A stretch of DNA of 64,000 bases. Source: Mobula hypostoma (Eukaryota). The DNA lies in the NCBI RefSeq assembly GCF_963921235.1, contig NC_086107.1, positions 105,340,001 to 105,404,000 on the forward strand, given 5' to 3'. A program made the translations under genes and the position numbers. Below are positions 26,059 to 38,545 of this stretch, in pieces. The notes under the pieces are model-generated. The model was not told the origin of the DNA, made no database searches, and saw nothing but the letters and a program-made list of their open reading frames with translations. Numbering within the stretch: position 1 is the first letter of the stretch; each line of letters begins with the position of its first letter.

Positions 26059-27532
26059 CGGGGAAGAGCTCACAGGTGATAGGTGGATCTGGAAAGGGGG
26101 CGGGGTGGGGTGAGAGCTCACAGGTGACAGGTGGATCTGGAAAGGGGGCAGAGTGGGGTGAGAGCTCACAGGTGACAGGTGGATCTGGAAAGAAGGGCGG
26201 GGTGGGGTGAGAGCTCACAGGTGACAGGTGGATCTGGAAAGGGGGCGGGGTGGGGTGAGAGCTCACAGGTGACAGGTGGATCTGGAAAGGGGGCGGGGTG
26301 GGGTGAGAGCTCACAGGTGACAGGTGGATCTGGAAAGGGGGCAGGGTGGGGTAAGAGCTCACAGGTGATAGGTGGATCTGGAAAGGGGGCAGAGTGGGGT
26401 GAGAGCTCACAGGTGACAGGTGGATCTGGAAAGAGAGAGGGGTGGGGTAAGAGCTCACAGGTGACAGGTGGATCTGGAAAGGGGGCGGGGTGGGGTAAGA
26501 GCTCACAGGTGATAGGTGGATCTGGAAAGGGGGCGGGGTGGGGTAAGAGCTCACAGGTGATAGGTGGATCTGGAAAGGGGGCGGGGTGGGGTGAGATTTC
26601 ACAGCTGACAGGTGGATCTGGAAAGGGGGCGGGGTGGGGTGAGAGCTCACAGGTGACAGGTGGATCTGGAAAGAGTCGGGGTGAGGTGAGAGCTCACAGG
26701 TGATAGGTGGATCTGGAAAGGGGGCGGGGTGGGGTGAGAGCTCACAGGTGACAGGTGGTTCTGGAAAGGGAGCGGGGTGGGGTAAGAGCTCACAGGTGAT
26801 AGGTGGATCTGGAAAGGGGGCGGAGTGAGGTGAGAGCTCACAGGTGACAGGTGGATCTGGAAAGAGAGAGAGGTGGGGTGAGAGCTCACAGGTGACAGGT
26901 GGATCTGGAAAGGGGGCAGGGTGGGGTAAGAGCTCACAGGTGACAGGTGGATCTGGAAAGGGGGCGGGGTGGGGTGAGAGCTCACAGGTGACAGGTGGAT
27001 CTGGAAAGGGGGCAGAGTGGGGTGAGAGCTCACAGGTGACAGGTGGATCTGGAAAGGGGGCGGGGTGGGGTAAGAGCTCACAGGTGACAGGTGGATCTGG
27101 AAAGGGGGCGGGGTGGGGTGAGAGCTCACAGGTGACAGGTGGATCTGGAAAGGGGGCGGGGTGGGGTGAGAGCTCACAGGTGACAGGTGGATCTGGAAAG
27201 GGGGCAGGGTGGGGTGAGAGCTCGCAGGTGACAGGTGGATCTGGAAAGGGGGCGGGGTGGGGTGAGAGCTCACAGGTGACAGGTGGATCTGGAAAGGGGG
27301 CGGGGTGGGGTGAGAGCTCACAGGTGACAGGTGGATCTGGAAAGGGGGCAGGGTGGGGTGAGAGCTCACAGGTGACAGGTGGATCTGGAAAGGGGGCGGG
27401 GTGGGGTGAGAGCTCACAGGTGACAGGTGGATCTGGAAAGGGAGCGGGGTGGGGTAAGAGCTCACAGGTGATAGGTGGATCTGGAAAGGGGGCGGGGTGA
27501 GGTGAGAGCTCACAGGTGACAGGTGGATCTGG
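26059..27532. repeat. 48-bp G-rich minisatellite (~30 units)
   Basis: Unit GAGAGCTCACAGGTGACAGGTGGATCTGGAAAGGGGGCGGGGTGGGGT; 16-aa periodic ORFs. Confidence 0.97.
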
Positions 27533-30243
27533 GTAAAGAGTAGTGATTGGCAGATGGAGTAGTTACGGGAAGGGTAAGAAACTGAGTGAAAGTGGGGCTG
27601 GTGGTGGTGAGTTGGATGTGTGTAAGTGGAAATGGGTAGACTCAGAGCTAGGGCTGGGGCGGGAGAGAAAGGGACAGAAGTGGAGCAGGTTACCTGAAAT
27701 GGGCAAAATCATTGTTCAGGCCGTCGGTGCCTGGCTTCCTTCCTGAATTGGCTTGATGTCACAAGACAACACAAATTCAACCTCAGTTGTCCACCATTGC
27801 CTCATCACCTCAATCCAGCCGGTGGGACAGGACGTCGACAGGAATCAAGCTGAGAAGGCAGGATATTGCCTGATCAGTCGGACCACACTCGGAATATGGA
27901 GAGCAATTTTGGGCTCCTTCTCTAAGAAAGTTTGTGCTGGAATTGGAGAGGGATCAGAGGAGGCACATGAGAATGATTCCAGGAATGAAAGGGTTAACCC
28001 ATGAGGAGTGTTTGATGGCTCAGGGCCTGTACTCACTGGAATTTAAAAGCATGAGGGAGGATCTCATTGAAAGCTATTGAATAAAGGCCCAGGCAGAGTA
28101 GACGCAGGGAGGATGTTTCCTGTAGGAGGGAGTCTAGGACGAGGGGGCGCAGCCTCAGAATACAAGGACATCCATTTGGAATGAGATAAAAAGGAATTTC
28201 TTTAGCCAGAGGGTGGTGAATCTGTGGAATTCATTGCCACACACAGCTGTGGAGGCCAAGATATTGGATATATTTAAAGCAGAGTTTGATAGGTTGTTGA
28301 TTAGTGAGGGTGTCAAAGGTTATGAGAAGAAAGCAGGGGAATGGGGTTGAGGGGGATAATAAATCAGCCATGATGGAATGGCAGAATGGTCTTGATGGGC
28401 CAAATGGCCCAATTGTGTTCCTATGTGTGATTCTGTGTGAATGACTAAGATGGAACATTGTTTCACCAATCTGCAGAACATCCCGAGAAATTTAGACACC
28501 ACAAGACCTTAATAGGAGCAGCTTTAGACCATTTGGCCTATCAAGTCTGTTCTGCCATTTCATCATGTCTGATCCATTTCCCTCTCAGACCCAATCTCCT
28601 GCCTTCTCCCGGTATCCCTTCATACCCTGACTAATCAGGAATCTATCAGTCTTTATCACCAGATGTCTATAAGGGGAAGCCTTTGCTATATCCGGAGCCA
28701 TGGCAAATGTTGGATGGTCCATCTCGGTTTATTCACAGAGGCTTCAATCAACAGAATGTTTTGACAGATCCCTTAAATGGGCTGTTACAACAACCGCGTT
28801 TCTCTGACTCACGAACGGCTCAGGAGGGGAAGCAGACATTCCATCCCAAGGAACATGGGGGTAAGGGAGATCGGAAGAGGTGGGGGAAGTTAGGTGGGGT
28901 CGGGCCATTTGAGTGGTGAACAAAATATGATAGAACATAAAACATTACAGCACAGGAACAGGCCATTCGGCCCACAATCTTGTGCTGAACCGGCTAAAGA
29001 GCAAATCAAAAACACCCAGACACTAATCCCTCCTACCTACACCTTGTCCATATCCCTCCATCTTCCTTATATCCATGTGCCTTTCCAAATGTCTCTTAAA
29101 AGCCTCTAGTGTATTTACCTCTACCAACACAACAGGCTTCCACCTCGCTCCGAGTAAAAAACTTCCCCCTCTCATCCCCTTTGAACCTACCCCCTCTCAC
29201 CTTCAATGCAAGCCCTCTGGTGTTAGACATTTCAACTCTGGGAAACAGATCCCTGTCCACTCTATCTATGCCTCTCATAATCATATAAACCTCTATCCAA
29301 TCTCACCTCAGCCTCCACCATTCTAGAGAAAGCAGTACAGGTTTACCCAGCCTCTTGTGATAACACATGCCCTCTAAACCAGGTGGCATTCTAGTGAACT
29401 TCTCCTGCCCCCTCTCCAACATCCTTCCTATAGTCGGGCAGCCGGAACTGTACACAATACTCCAGATGTTAGGTTCCTTTAGATTGTTACAGCCCAAGCT
29501 GGTAATGGGGATATGCTTCCACTACCTATGAAATGCTTCCAATAGTGTGTGACTCAAACAGCCAAGTCCAGCTCCCGGCCTTCACGTGTGGCTTAGCTAC
29601 TAAGCCTGGTGGAACTGTTTCTACTGACAGGAGGAGGGGCAAAAGCGTTTTACTGGCACCTTAAAACCAGCCGCTTCGGGCAGACGGGGCTCGTCGGCTG
29701 TGATTGGCAGCTCGTCTAGGAGAGGGAAGCTCTGCCACCTTGTGGCTATGCCCACTCATGGGGACGGCTTCGGGTGGACACCCCAAGGGAAGAGTCTGCA
29801 TCCGGAGTCCCCAAGGCAGTCCTGCATGGAGTTCAATGCTGACGGACAACTCCTGCGACACCGTTGGTGCCAAACTGTGTCAGTCTCTGCTGTTCCTTTG
29901 GGTTCATCAGGTGTGTGGAGAGAGGGAGCTTTCTACATGGGCAACAGCTTGCTCTCCGTATCGTACTGCCCAGGTCTGTGTATCTAGACAGCTAAGATGC
30001 AACAGCCATGGTCGACCTTGACCAACGGAGGCCTCGTCATCACCACTGCAGGTGTGGCCTTACCAGAGTTTTATTAAGTTGTAACATAACCTCCTGACTT
30101 TCGAACTTGATGCCTCAACTAATAAAAGCACACATTCCATAAGCCTTCATAACCACTTTATTGACCTGTGCAGGCGCTTTCAAGGAGCAATGAACTTGGG
30201 TCCCAAGATCTCTCTTCTCAGCAACAGTGTTTAAGGGTTTGGT

Positions 30244-31646
30244 ATAGACTGGTTAGCCTAACGTCGGTGATGGGGAAACTGCTAGAGTCAGTTATCAAAG
30301 ATGTGATAACAGCACATTTGGAAAGTGGTGAAATCATCGGACAAAGTCAGCATGGATTTGTGAAAGGAAAATCATGTCTGACGAATCTCATAGAATTTTT
30401 TGAGGATGTAACTAGTAGAGTGGATAGGGGAGAACCAGTGGATGTGGTATATTTGGATTTTCAAAAGGCTTTTGACAAGGTCCCACACAGGAGATTAGTG
30501 TGCAAACTTAAAGCACACGGTATTGGGGGTAAGGTATTGATGTGGATAGAGAATTGGTTGGCAGACAGGAAGCAAAGAGTGGGAATAAACGGGACCTTTT
30601 CAGAATGGCAGGCAGTGACTAGTGGGGTACCGCAAGGCTCAGTGCTGGGACCCCAGTTGTTTACAATATATATTAATGACTTGGATGAGGGAATTAAATG
30701 CAGCATCTCCAAGTTTGCGGATGACACGAAGCTGGGCGGCAGTGTTAGCTGTGAGGAGGATGCTAAGAGGATGCAGGGTGACTTGGATAGGTTAGGTGAG
30801 TGGGCAAATTCATGGCAGATGCAATTTAATGTGGATAAATGTGAGGTTATCCACTTTGGTGGCAAAAACAGGAAAACAGATTATTATCTGAATGGTGGCC
30901 GATTAGGAAAAGACGAGATGCAATGAGACCTGGGTGTCATTATACACCAGTCATTGAAAGTGGGCATGCAGGTACAGCAGGCGGTGAAAAAGGCGAATGG
31001 TATGCTGGCATTTATAGCAAGAGGATTCGAGTATGGGAGCAGGGAGGTACTACTGCAGTTGTACAAGGCCTTGGTGAGACCACACTTGGAGTATTGTGTG
31101 CAGTTTTGGTCCCCTAATCTGAGGAAAGACATCCTTGCCATAGAGGGAGTACAAAGAAGGTTCACCAGATTGATTCCTGGGATGGCAGGACTTTCATATG
31201 ATGAAAGACTGGATGAACTAGGCTTATACTCGTTGGAATTTAGAAGATTGAGGGGGGGATCTGATTGAAACGTATAAAACCCTAAAGGGATTGGACTGGC
31301 TAGATGCAGGAAGATTGTTCCCGATGTTGGGGAAGTCCAGAACGAGGGGTCACAGTTTGAGGATAAAGGAGAAGCCTTTTAGGACTGAGATTAGGAAAAA
31401 CTTCTTCACACAGAGAGTGGTGAATCTGTGGAATTCTCTGCCACAGGAAACAGTTGAGGCCGGTTCATTGGCTATATTTAAGAGGGAGTTAGATATGGCC
31501 CTTGTGGCTACGGGGGTCAGGGGGTATGGAGGGAAGGCTGGGGCGGGGTTCTGTGTTGGATGATCAGCCATGATCATACTGAATGGTGGTGCAGGCTCGA
31601 AGGGCCGAATGGCCTACTCCTGCACCTATTTTCTATGTTTCTATGT
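30244..31646 (+). mobile_element. Young 5'-truncated CR1 LINE (RT domain + 3' UTR), with premature stop and frameshift
   Basis: QHGFVKGKSCLTNL, VYLDFQKAFDKVPH, GVPQGSVLGP, SKFADDTKL, LVRPHLEYCVQFW; tail ttctatgtttctatg. Confidence 0.95.
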
Positions 31647-31683
31647 CTTCTTGTGTTAAAATAATAATCCAATTCAAGGCATC

Positions 31684-31711
31684 TTTATTATATAAATAAT
31701 TCAATTTTATT
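31684..31711 (-). terminator. Candidate polyadenylation signals of the GPRC5 gene
   Basis: Two AATAAA hexamers on the minus strand (plus-strand tttatt at 31684-31689 and 31706-31711), in an AT-rich non-repeat stretch about 1.85 kb past the stop codon. Confidence 0.5.
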
Positions 31712-32261
31712 GCTGCTACAAAACTGCTTAAATAAAGTTTGGCATAGGAGTAAAAACACTGACATCTATGGCTTTAAAATAGATAAATAATATTTGTATT
31801 AAAGTTACATATGCAATTTACAGTTATATGGAAAAAGGATTAAGATTAGCTTTATTTATCAAATATACATCAAAAGGTACAGTGAAATGCGTGACTTTAG
31901 CTGGGCAGCTTGCTGGCGTTGCCACACGCACAGGGCCAACGCAGCATGCCAGCATGCCCGTAGCTCACTAACCCTAACCCGTACACCTTTGGAATGTGGG
32001 TGTTGGGGAGGGGGGAACCAGAGCACTCAGAGGACCCCCAGGCAGGGAGAAGGAACAGATTCCTTCACAGACGGCGGTGGGAATCAAAGCCTGAGCTTAC
32101 GGCTGGCGCTGCAAAGCCATTGTGCCAGCAGCTACTTTAGCATAGAGGCACAAGAGACTGCACGTGCTGGAACCTGAAGCAAGAAAATAAAACAAACTGC
32201 AGGAGGAACTCAGCGGGTCAGGTAGCATCTGTGGAGGGAAACGGACAGTTGACCTTTCAAG

Positions 32262-32592
32262 TTGAGACCTTTATCAATGTTGGGGGAGTCCAGAACCAGA
32301 GGCCACAATTTGAGAATAAGGGGTAGGCCATTTAGAACGGAGTTGAGGAAAAACTTTTTCACCCAGAGGGTTGTGGTTCTGTGGAATGCTCTGCCTCAGA
32401 GGGCAATGGAGGCCAACTCTCTGGATGCTTTCAAGAAAGAGTTAGATAGAGCTCTTCATGATAGCGGAGTGAAGGGTTATGGGGATAAGGCAGGAACTGG
32501 ATACTGATTGTGGATGATCAGCCATGATCACAGTGAATGGTGGTGCTAGCTCAAAGGGCCGAATGGCCTACTCCTGCACCTATTGTCTATTA
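32262..32592 (+). mobile_element. CR1 3' fragment lying antisense in the GPRC5 3' UTR
   Basis: GESRTRGHNLRIRGRPFRTELRKNFFTQRVV. Confidence 0.85.
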
Positions 32593-33538
32593 TCTGGACT
32601 GGAGGTAGTGTGCCCTAATGTCATAGGCCCTGAGGGCAGAATGAAAAAGGCTTAGCTAGGATTCCCTGCTGATTTTCTCCTTCTAGACCTGGGTGGTTGA
32701 TTTGGGGGAAAATACAATGCCCTCGGATAACTATTACTGATGCCCCAGACTCAAACGCCTTGCGAACCAGCGGCGCTGGCGAGCCGGCCCGTTTTACTGG
32801 TTACAATACGGAGCTACGTGATAAAAGGCTGCCCCAGTCTCGGGAAGACAGTGGCCTGGCAGCCGACAGGGGCCTCCTCCTGAATGCTGGTTGCCTCCGA
32901 TCAGGCGACGGGAGAGGCGGGAGGGCGTTCGGGAGTCTGGCCGCTCCAGATGGAAGGGTGGTGTCCGGGAGCCCGCAAATGCATCCTCGGGGCAGGTGCA
33001 CTAGAAGGTGGAACGGCTGCCTGGTGGGCTGGGACTGCGGTAGTCACCTTCTGGAGCAGCGGGGAAAGTAGCGACAATACAGGTGGCGGGACCCTGCAAG
33101 CATTTACAAGTCCAGCCACTGACGTTATTGCCAGTGTGTCATCAATAATACACTTTAAGAGCAGCGAGATGTGAAGCACTAATCTCAAGGGCTTGTTATC
33201 TAATTCGTACTGTAGATCAAACCACTGGTTCACTATATCTTCCCCCTTTGCCCACCTCTGTAATGGTGTGTGTCAGATAAGCAGGTTGCGATAACCACCT
33301 GGAACTCCCCGCGCCACTGCGCAAACAGACATCGGGTAACCAGCCAGTGAATGAGTCAATATATAAACAGTTGTGTGCTTCAGCACTCGCGGGAAAGGCT
33401 TGTATCTTAATCATCTGACGATCGGGGGTGGGGGGACGTGCAGTGGTCCCGCGGGGTGCGTGGGAGAGTGGTTTGTAGCAGGGAGTACGCCACTCGGGAA
33501 AAGGAGTCGCCCGGGGCTTCCAACTGACCCCAAGAGCT

Positions 33539-33658
33539 CTAGAACATTGTCTGCCTGTTCTGGTAGTTGAGATAGGGATCTTGTAGGAAGGGCGTCGGGT
33601 AGTAGTTGGTCTTTGTCTGTGGCCGAGGGATTGTAAACTCTTGCGGCACGTTGTACAC
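33539..33658 (-). CDS. GPRC5A: GPRC5A/D-like receptor, terminal coding exon 4 (VYNVPQEFTIPRPQTKTNYYPTPFLQDPYLNYQNRQTMF*)
   Basis: Acceptor attatag|GTG, phase 0, TAG stop at 33541-33539. QEFTIPR and PYLNY resemble the human GPRC5A tail as recalled (KEFSIPR...PYKDY). Confidence 0.88.
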   Translation of the reverse strand: MYNVPQEFTIPRPQTKTNYYPTPFLQDPYLNYQNRQTMF

Positions 33659-34083
33659 CTATAATATGAATGCAAGAGGGTTTAGATTAGACACACGAAT
33701 AATAACCGCAAATTTGCACATGGAACAAGATAGAAACAAAATACTGCAGCAGCTGGGAATCTGAAACACACACAGGGAGCACCTGAAACACTCAGCAGGT
33801 CAGGCAGCATCTGTAGAGCGAGAGGCCTGGTTAACGTCTCAAATGTTGACTGCTTCTCGCTCCACAGATGCCACCTGACCTGCTGCCTACTTCCAACACT
33901 GTCCGTGTCTGTCCCTGTGACCCACGTGAAAGCTGGTGACCCTTTGACTTCACTTTCTGTTGAACAGAGTTTGTCCAATTGACGTTTTCATTATGATTTG
34001 GGGGTTTATAGGCCACACTCTCAGCACGGGTTCCACTGTACCTGGCATACTCTCAGAAAAAAAAAATTCACAGAAAAAATTCA

Positions 34084-34588
34084 ACCTTGGAGAGGGTACA
34101 GAGAAGATTCACTAGAATGATTCCGGGAATGAGAGGGTTAACATATGAGGAACGTTGGTCCGCTCTTGGACTGTATTCCCTGGAGTTTAGAAGAATGAGG
34201 GGAGACCTCATAGAAACGTTTCGAATGTTGAAAGGCATGGACAGAGTGGATGTGGCACAGTTGTTTCCCATGATGGGGGAGTCTAGTACGAGAGGGCATG
34301 ACTTAAGGATTGAAGGGTGCCCATTCAGAACAGAGATGTGAAGAAATTTTTTTAGCCAGAGGGTGGTGAATCTATGGAATTTGTTGCCACGGGCGGCAGT
34401 GGAGGCCAAGTCATTGGGTGTACTTAAGGCAGAGATTGATAGGTATCTGAGTAGCCAGGGCATCAAAGGTTATGGTGAGAAGGCGGGGTAGTGGGACTAA
34501 ATGGGAGAATGGATCAGCTCATGATAAAATGGTGGAGCAGACTCGATGGGCTGAATGGCTGACTTCTGCTCCTTTGTCTTATGGTCTT
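34084..34588 (+). mobile_element. CR1 3' fragment (GPRC5 intron 3)
   Basis: ERVQRRFTRMIPGMRGLTYEER..RGDLIETF. Confidence 0.9.
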
Positions 34589-35109
34589 TATAAAATCCCT
34601 CCTGTCAGCACCTTTTGAAAGATCATTCTAAGGGGTCCCCTGAATTTTCTGTCTGGAGTTTGCTTTCATGGCCTCCTACCCTACTGAGCAGTGGATATGA
34701 ATGGGTGGTGAGAGTGTGAGATCGATCCACAGATTCCCTGTTGACCATACACAGTGTTTCCCAAACTCCATTGTTGACATTCAGGATACACTGACCCAGC
34801 AAGGTCCACCAGTGCCAGGGTGACCTTCCTCAACCATCTGAGTGAGTCAGACAGGGTTCAAGGTCAGGATTAGGAGAGGGCTGGGGGGTGGAGGTGGTGG
34901 CTGGTGTGCTGTGACCCTTTAAACCTTCGATGAGGTAAAGGATGGTCAATATGTGGAACAGAGCAAGGAGCCAGGCGGAAGCTCTGTGATCAATAAACCA
35001 CAGTCGAATACAATAAAGGGACCACATTTTTGAAAGAGTTGGGGGGACTTTTCACAGATAAAATTTTCTTGTGAAGTGTCTATCTTTTGTTATTCCAAAG
35101 TCAAAGAAA

Positions 35110-35650
35110 AATACAGCACCAAAACAGGCCCTTTGGCCCATCTAGTCCATGCTGGACCATTTAAACTGCCTATTCCCATCGACCTTAGCCCATTATATCC
35201 CTAACATCCATGTACCTATCCAAACTTCTCTTAAATGTTGAAATCGAGCTCGCACGCACCAGTTGTGCTGGCTGCTCGTTCCACACTCTCACCACCCTCT
35301 GAGTGAGGAAGTCTCCCCTCATGTTCCCCTTAAACTTCTCACCTTTCACCCTTAGCCCATGACCTTTAGTTGTAGTCCCACCCAACCTCAGAGGTCAAGT
35401 GCAAACAGCCTTCTCCCTGTCTATACCCCTCATAATTTTGTATGCAGCTATCGAATCTCCCCTCAATCTTCTACGTTCCAAGGAATACAGTCCTAACCGA
35501 TTCGATCTTTCCTTATAACTCAGGTCCTCCAGACCCGGCAACATCCTTGTAAATTTTCTCTGCACTCTTTCAACTTTACTTACATCTTTCCCGCAGGTCA
35601 GTGACCAAAACTTCACACACTACTCTAAAGTACGCCTCGCCAAATAGTAT
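35110..35650 (-). mobile_element. CR1 3' fragment (GPRC5 intron 3)
   Basis: ERVQRKFTRMLPGLEDLSYKER..LGLYSLERRRLRGD. Confidence 0.9.
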
Positions 35651-35919
35651 TGAGAACATGAGTTGTAGAGTCCTTTACTGAGTGCACAGGGTAGTGGAAT
35701 AGGTCAGGGTTGTAGTGAGTAAGGTTATTCCCCGCTGGTTCAGGAATCTGACGGTGAGGGCTCCTGAGACCGTTAACATTCAACAGCGGTGGACTGGAGC
35801 AATTGCCCTTAGCACATTTGGCTCGATGACACCTTGTACCCTTTGCCCAGCAAGAACCCACGGATGCAGAATGAAAAGCGGAGTATAAAGGCTGGTCGTG
35901 GTGGCGGGCAAGTACTCAC

Positions 35920-35990
35920 ACTGTTTTCCATTGGGGCGGAGTTGCTGTAGTGGGACGAGGAGGCAACACTGGAATGAGTCATGGCAAATC
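35920..35990 (-). CDS. GPRC5A: GPRC5A/D-like receptor, coding exon 3 (GFAMTHSSVASSSHYSNSAPMENS)
   Basis: Acceptor ttgcttttcag|GA and donor AGT|gtgagt; 71 nt, phase 1 in and phase 0 out. This matches exons 2 and 4 and the small tail exon expected in GPRC5 genes. Confidence 0.85.
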
Positions 35991-37683
35991 CTGAAAAGCA
36001 AATCAATCAGGCGTGAGTGAAAGCTGAGGCAACGGTTCTTTTTTGTGGCACACGCCAGCTATCCACTTCACTAAATCACAACCCCTCATTAGCATCTCAA
36101 ACGCAAGAGGGTGGAAATCCAGAGAAACACACACACAAAATACCAGAAGAACTCAGCAGGTGAGGTGACATCTCTGGAAATGAGTGAACAGTCGACGCTT
36201 TGGGCTGAGACCCTTCATCAGGAGGTGAGCACCAGCCAAAGAAAATAAAAAGGAGGGAGGAGGGGAGGGAGTACAAGCTGGAAGGTGACGGGTGGAACCT
36301 GGTGAGGGGGAATGTGGGGGATGAAGTAAGAAGCTGTGAGGTGATAGCTGGAGGAGGTAGAGCGCTGAAGAATGAGGAGGAGTCAGATAGACGAGAAGAG
36401 TGGACCAAGAACAAAATGAAGAGGAGAACCAGAGTGAGGGGAAGGGCAGGTGAGGAGAAAAGAAGGGGAAAGAGGGGAGCCAGAATGGGGAACGGAAAAT
36501 GAAAGGGCAGGGAAGAAGGTTAGGGCAATTGATGTTCATGACATCAGGTCGGAGGCAATCCCCTTTGCATTACTGAGCATTGGTATATAACCATGCAGCG
36601 GTCTGTGTCCTTGTAGAAATCACAGGAACCACGGGAAATTGGAAGTGACCAGAAAACTATCACGACATACAAAATGCTGGAGGAATTCTGCCCTCTTCCT
36701 TTCCAGTCTTGATGAAGGGACTCGGCCTGTAATGTCGACTGTTTATCAAGGCACCGACAAGAATTTCTCAATGATGACCTACAAGAGACCGGTTAGGAGA
36801 GGTTCTTCACACAGAGAGTGGTGGGTAGATAGAAATTTTTACTTACTGTGATGCAGCGTGGAATATACCTTTCCGGCCCTTCGAGCTACGCCACCCAGCA
36901 ATTTCCCCCATTTAACCCTAGCCCAATCACAGGATAATTTACAGTGACCAAGTAACCTACCAACCGGTACGTCCTTGGCCTGTGGGAGGAAACTGGAGTG
37001 CCCGGGGAAAATCCATGCGCTCCACGGGAAGGATGTACAGACTCCTTACAGACGGCACCAGAATTGAACTCTGAACTTTAACACCCCGCATTACGCTGAC
37101 CGCCACCCTCAAACCACCCCACTTGGCATCAACGTTTCATGGTCAAAGTCACTTAGGTCACACTTATCTAGAGAGGCAGTGTGGAACAGGCTCTCCTGGC
37201 CCCCAATGAGCTGCAACCGCCCAGCGGACCACCTTTTTAACCCTAGCCTAATCACAGGACAATTTTACCAATTAACCTACTAACCAGTACATCTTTGGAC
37301 TGTGGGAGGAAACTGGAGCACCCGGAGGAAACCCACGCAGTCACAGAAAGGGTGTACAAACTTCTTACAGACCGCGTTGGAATTGAACTCCAAATTCCAA
37401 CGCCCTGAGCTGTAAAAGCGTCACGTTAACCGCTATGCTACTGTGGCACCCCATTTCTTCCCCCATTCTGATGTTTGGTCTGCACAACAACTGGACCCCT
37501 TGACCATGTCTGCATGCTTTTACGCACTGAGTTGCTGCCACATGATCGGCTGATTAGGTATTTGCATTAACAAGCAGATTTACCTAATAAGGTGGCTACT
37601 AAGTGTATGTTTTCCTCTCTGTTGTGTGGTTACACACTCCGGTGAAACCACTGCGAGGGTTGAAAGGGGCTGATTCATCACTT

Positions 37684-37696
37684 TGAACTTTGACCT
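37684..37696 (-). promoter_or_regulatory. Perfect DR1 nuclear-receptor element AGGTCA-A-AGTTCA in GPRC5 intron 2
   Basis: Plus strand TGAACTTTGACCT in non-repeat sequence; function untested. Confidence 0.45.
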
Positions 37697-37994
37697 CCCC
37701 GAAATACAGAGTAAAACATTAAACCCCTGAGATATTGGAACCTTTAAATTCTAGCAACCCGTGGTGAAGGGATGTGGTAGAACATGGGGTTCTGACTGCA
37801 CTTTGTGCACTTTCTGGATGGTTTCTGAGCTCAGAGGAGTTCAGTTTGTATTTGAAATTTCAGATTGCTGGGTGCTTGTGAGTCTCATGGGCAAATTTGA
37901 AGCGCTGAACTTCTTTGCTGTCTTAAACAGTTTCGGTAATGTGGTGTGCGAGGTACTTTTATCAAGTTCCTTAGCCAAAGTTGCAGAAGATGTT

Positions 37995-38545
37995 GGTGAG
38001 GCCTAATTTGGTGTATTGTGTGCAGTTTTGGTCACCTACCATCAGGAAAGGTATAAATAAGGTTGAAAGAGTGCAGAGAAAATTTACAAGGATGTCGCTG
38101 GGTTTGGAGGACATGAGTTATAAGGAAAGATTAAATAGGTTGGGACTGTATTCCTAGGAGTGTAGAAGACTGAGAGGAGATTTGATAGAGGTATACAAAA
38201 TTATGAGGAATATAGATAGGGTAAATGCAAGCAGGCTTTTTCCACTGAGGTTGTGTGGGACTACAACCAGAGGTCATGGGTTAAGGGTGAAAGGTGAGGT
38301 TTAAGGGGAACATGAGGGGAAACTCTTCATTTGGAGGGTCGTGAGAGTGTGGAACGAGCTGCCAGCGCAAGTGATGTATGCAAACTCCATTTCAATGTTT
38401 ATTAGAAGTTTGGATAAGTATATGGATGGTAGGGGTATGGAGGGCTATGGTCCCAGTGCAGGTCAACGGGAGTAGGCAGTTTAAGTGGAATGGCACAGAC
38501 TAGATGGGCCGAAGGTCCTGTTTCTATGCTGTACTTTTCTATGTC
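37995..38545 (+). mobile_element. CR1 3' fragment (GPRC5 intron 2)
   Basis: Same subfamily as 35110-35650 in opposite orientation; ttctatg tail. Confidence 0.88.

Noticed and set aside
25961..27513. Gly/Ser- or Pro-rich repetitive ORFs (174-288 aa)
   Set aside because: They are translations of the 48-bp minisatellite, broken by single-base indels.
30168..31563. Active reverse transcriptase gene
   Set aside because: It is a 5'-truncated CR1 with a premature TGA at ~30924, a frameshift at ~31255 and no endonuclease.
1..31600. Exons of expected syntenic neighbours (second GPRC5 paralog, HEBP1)
   Set aside because: No recognisable peptide matches by eye; a tBLASTn search would be needed to exclude small exons.
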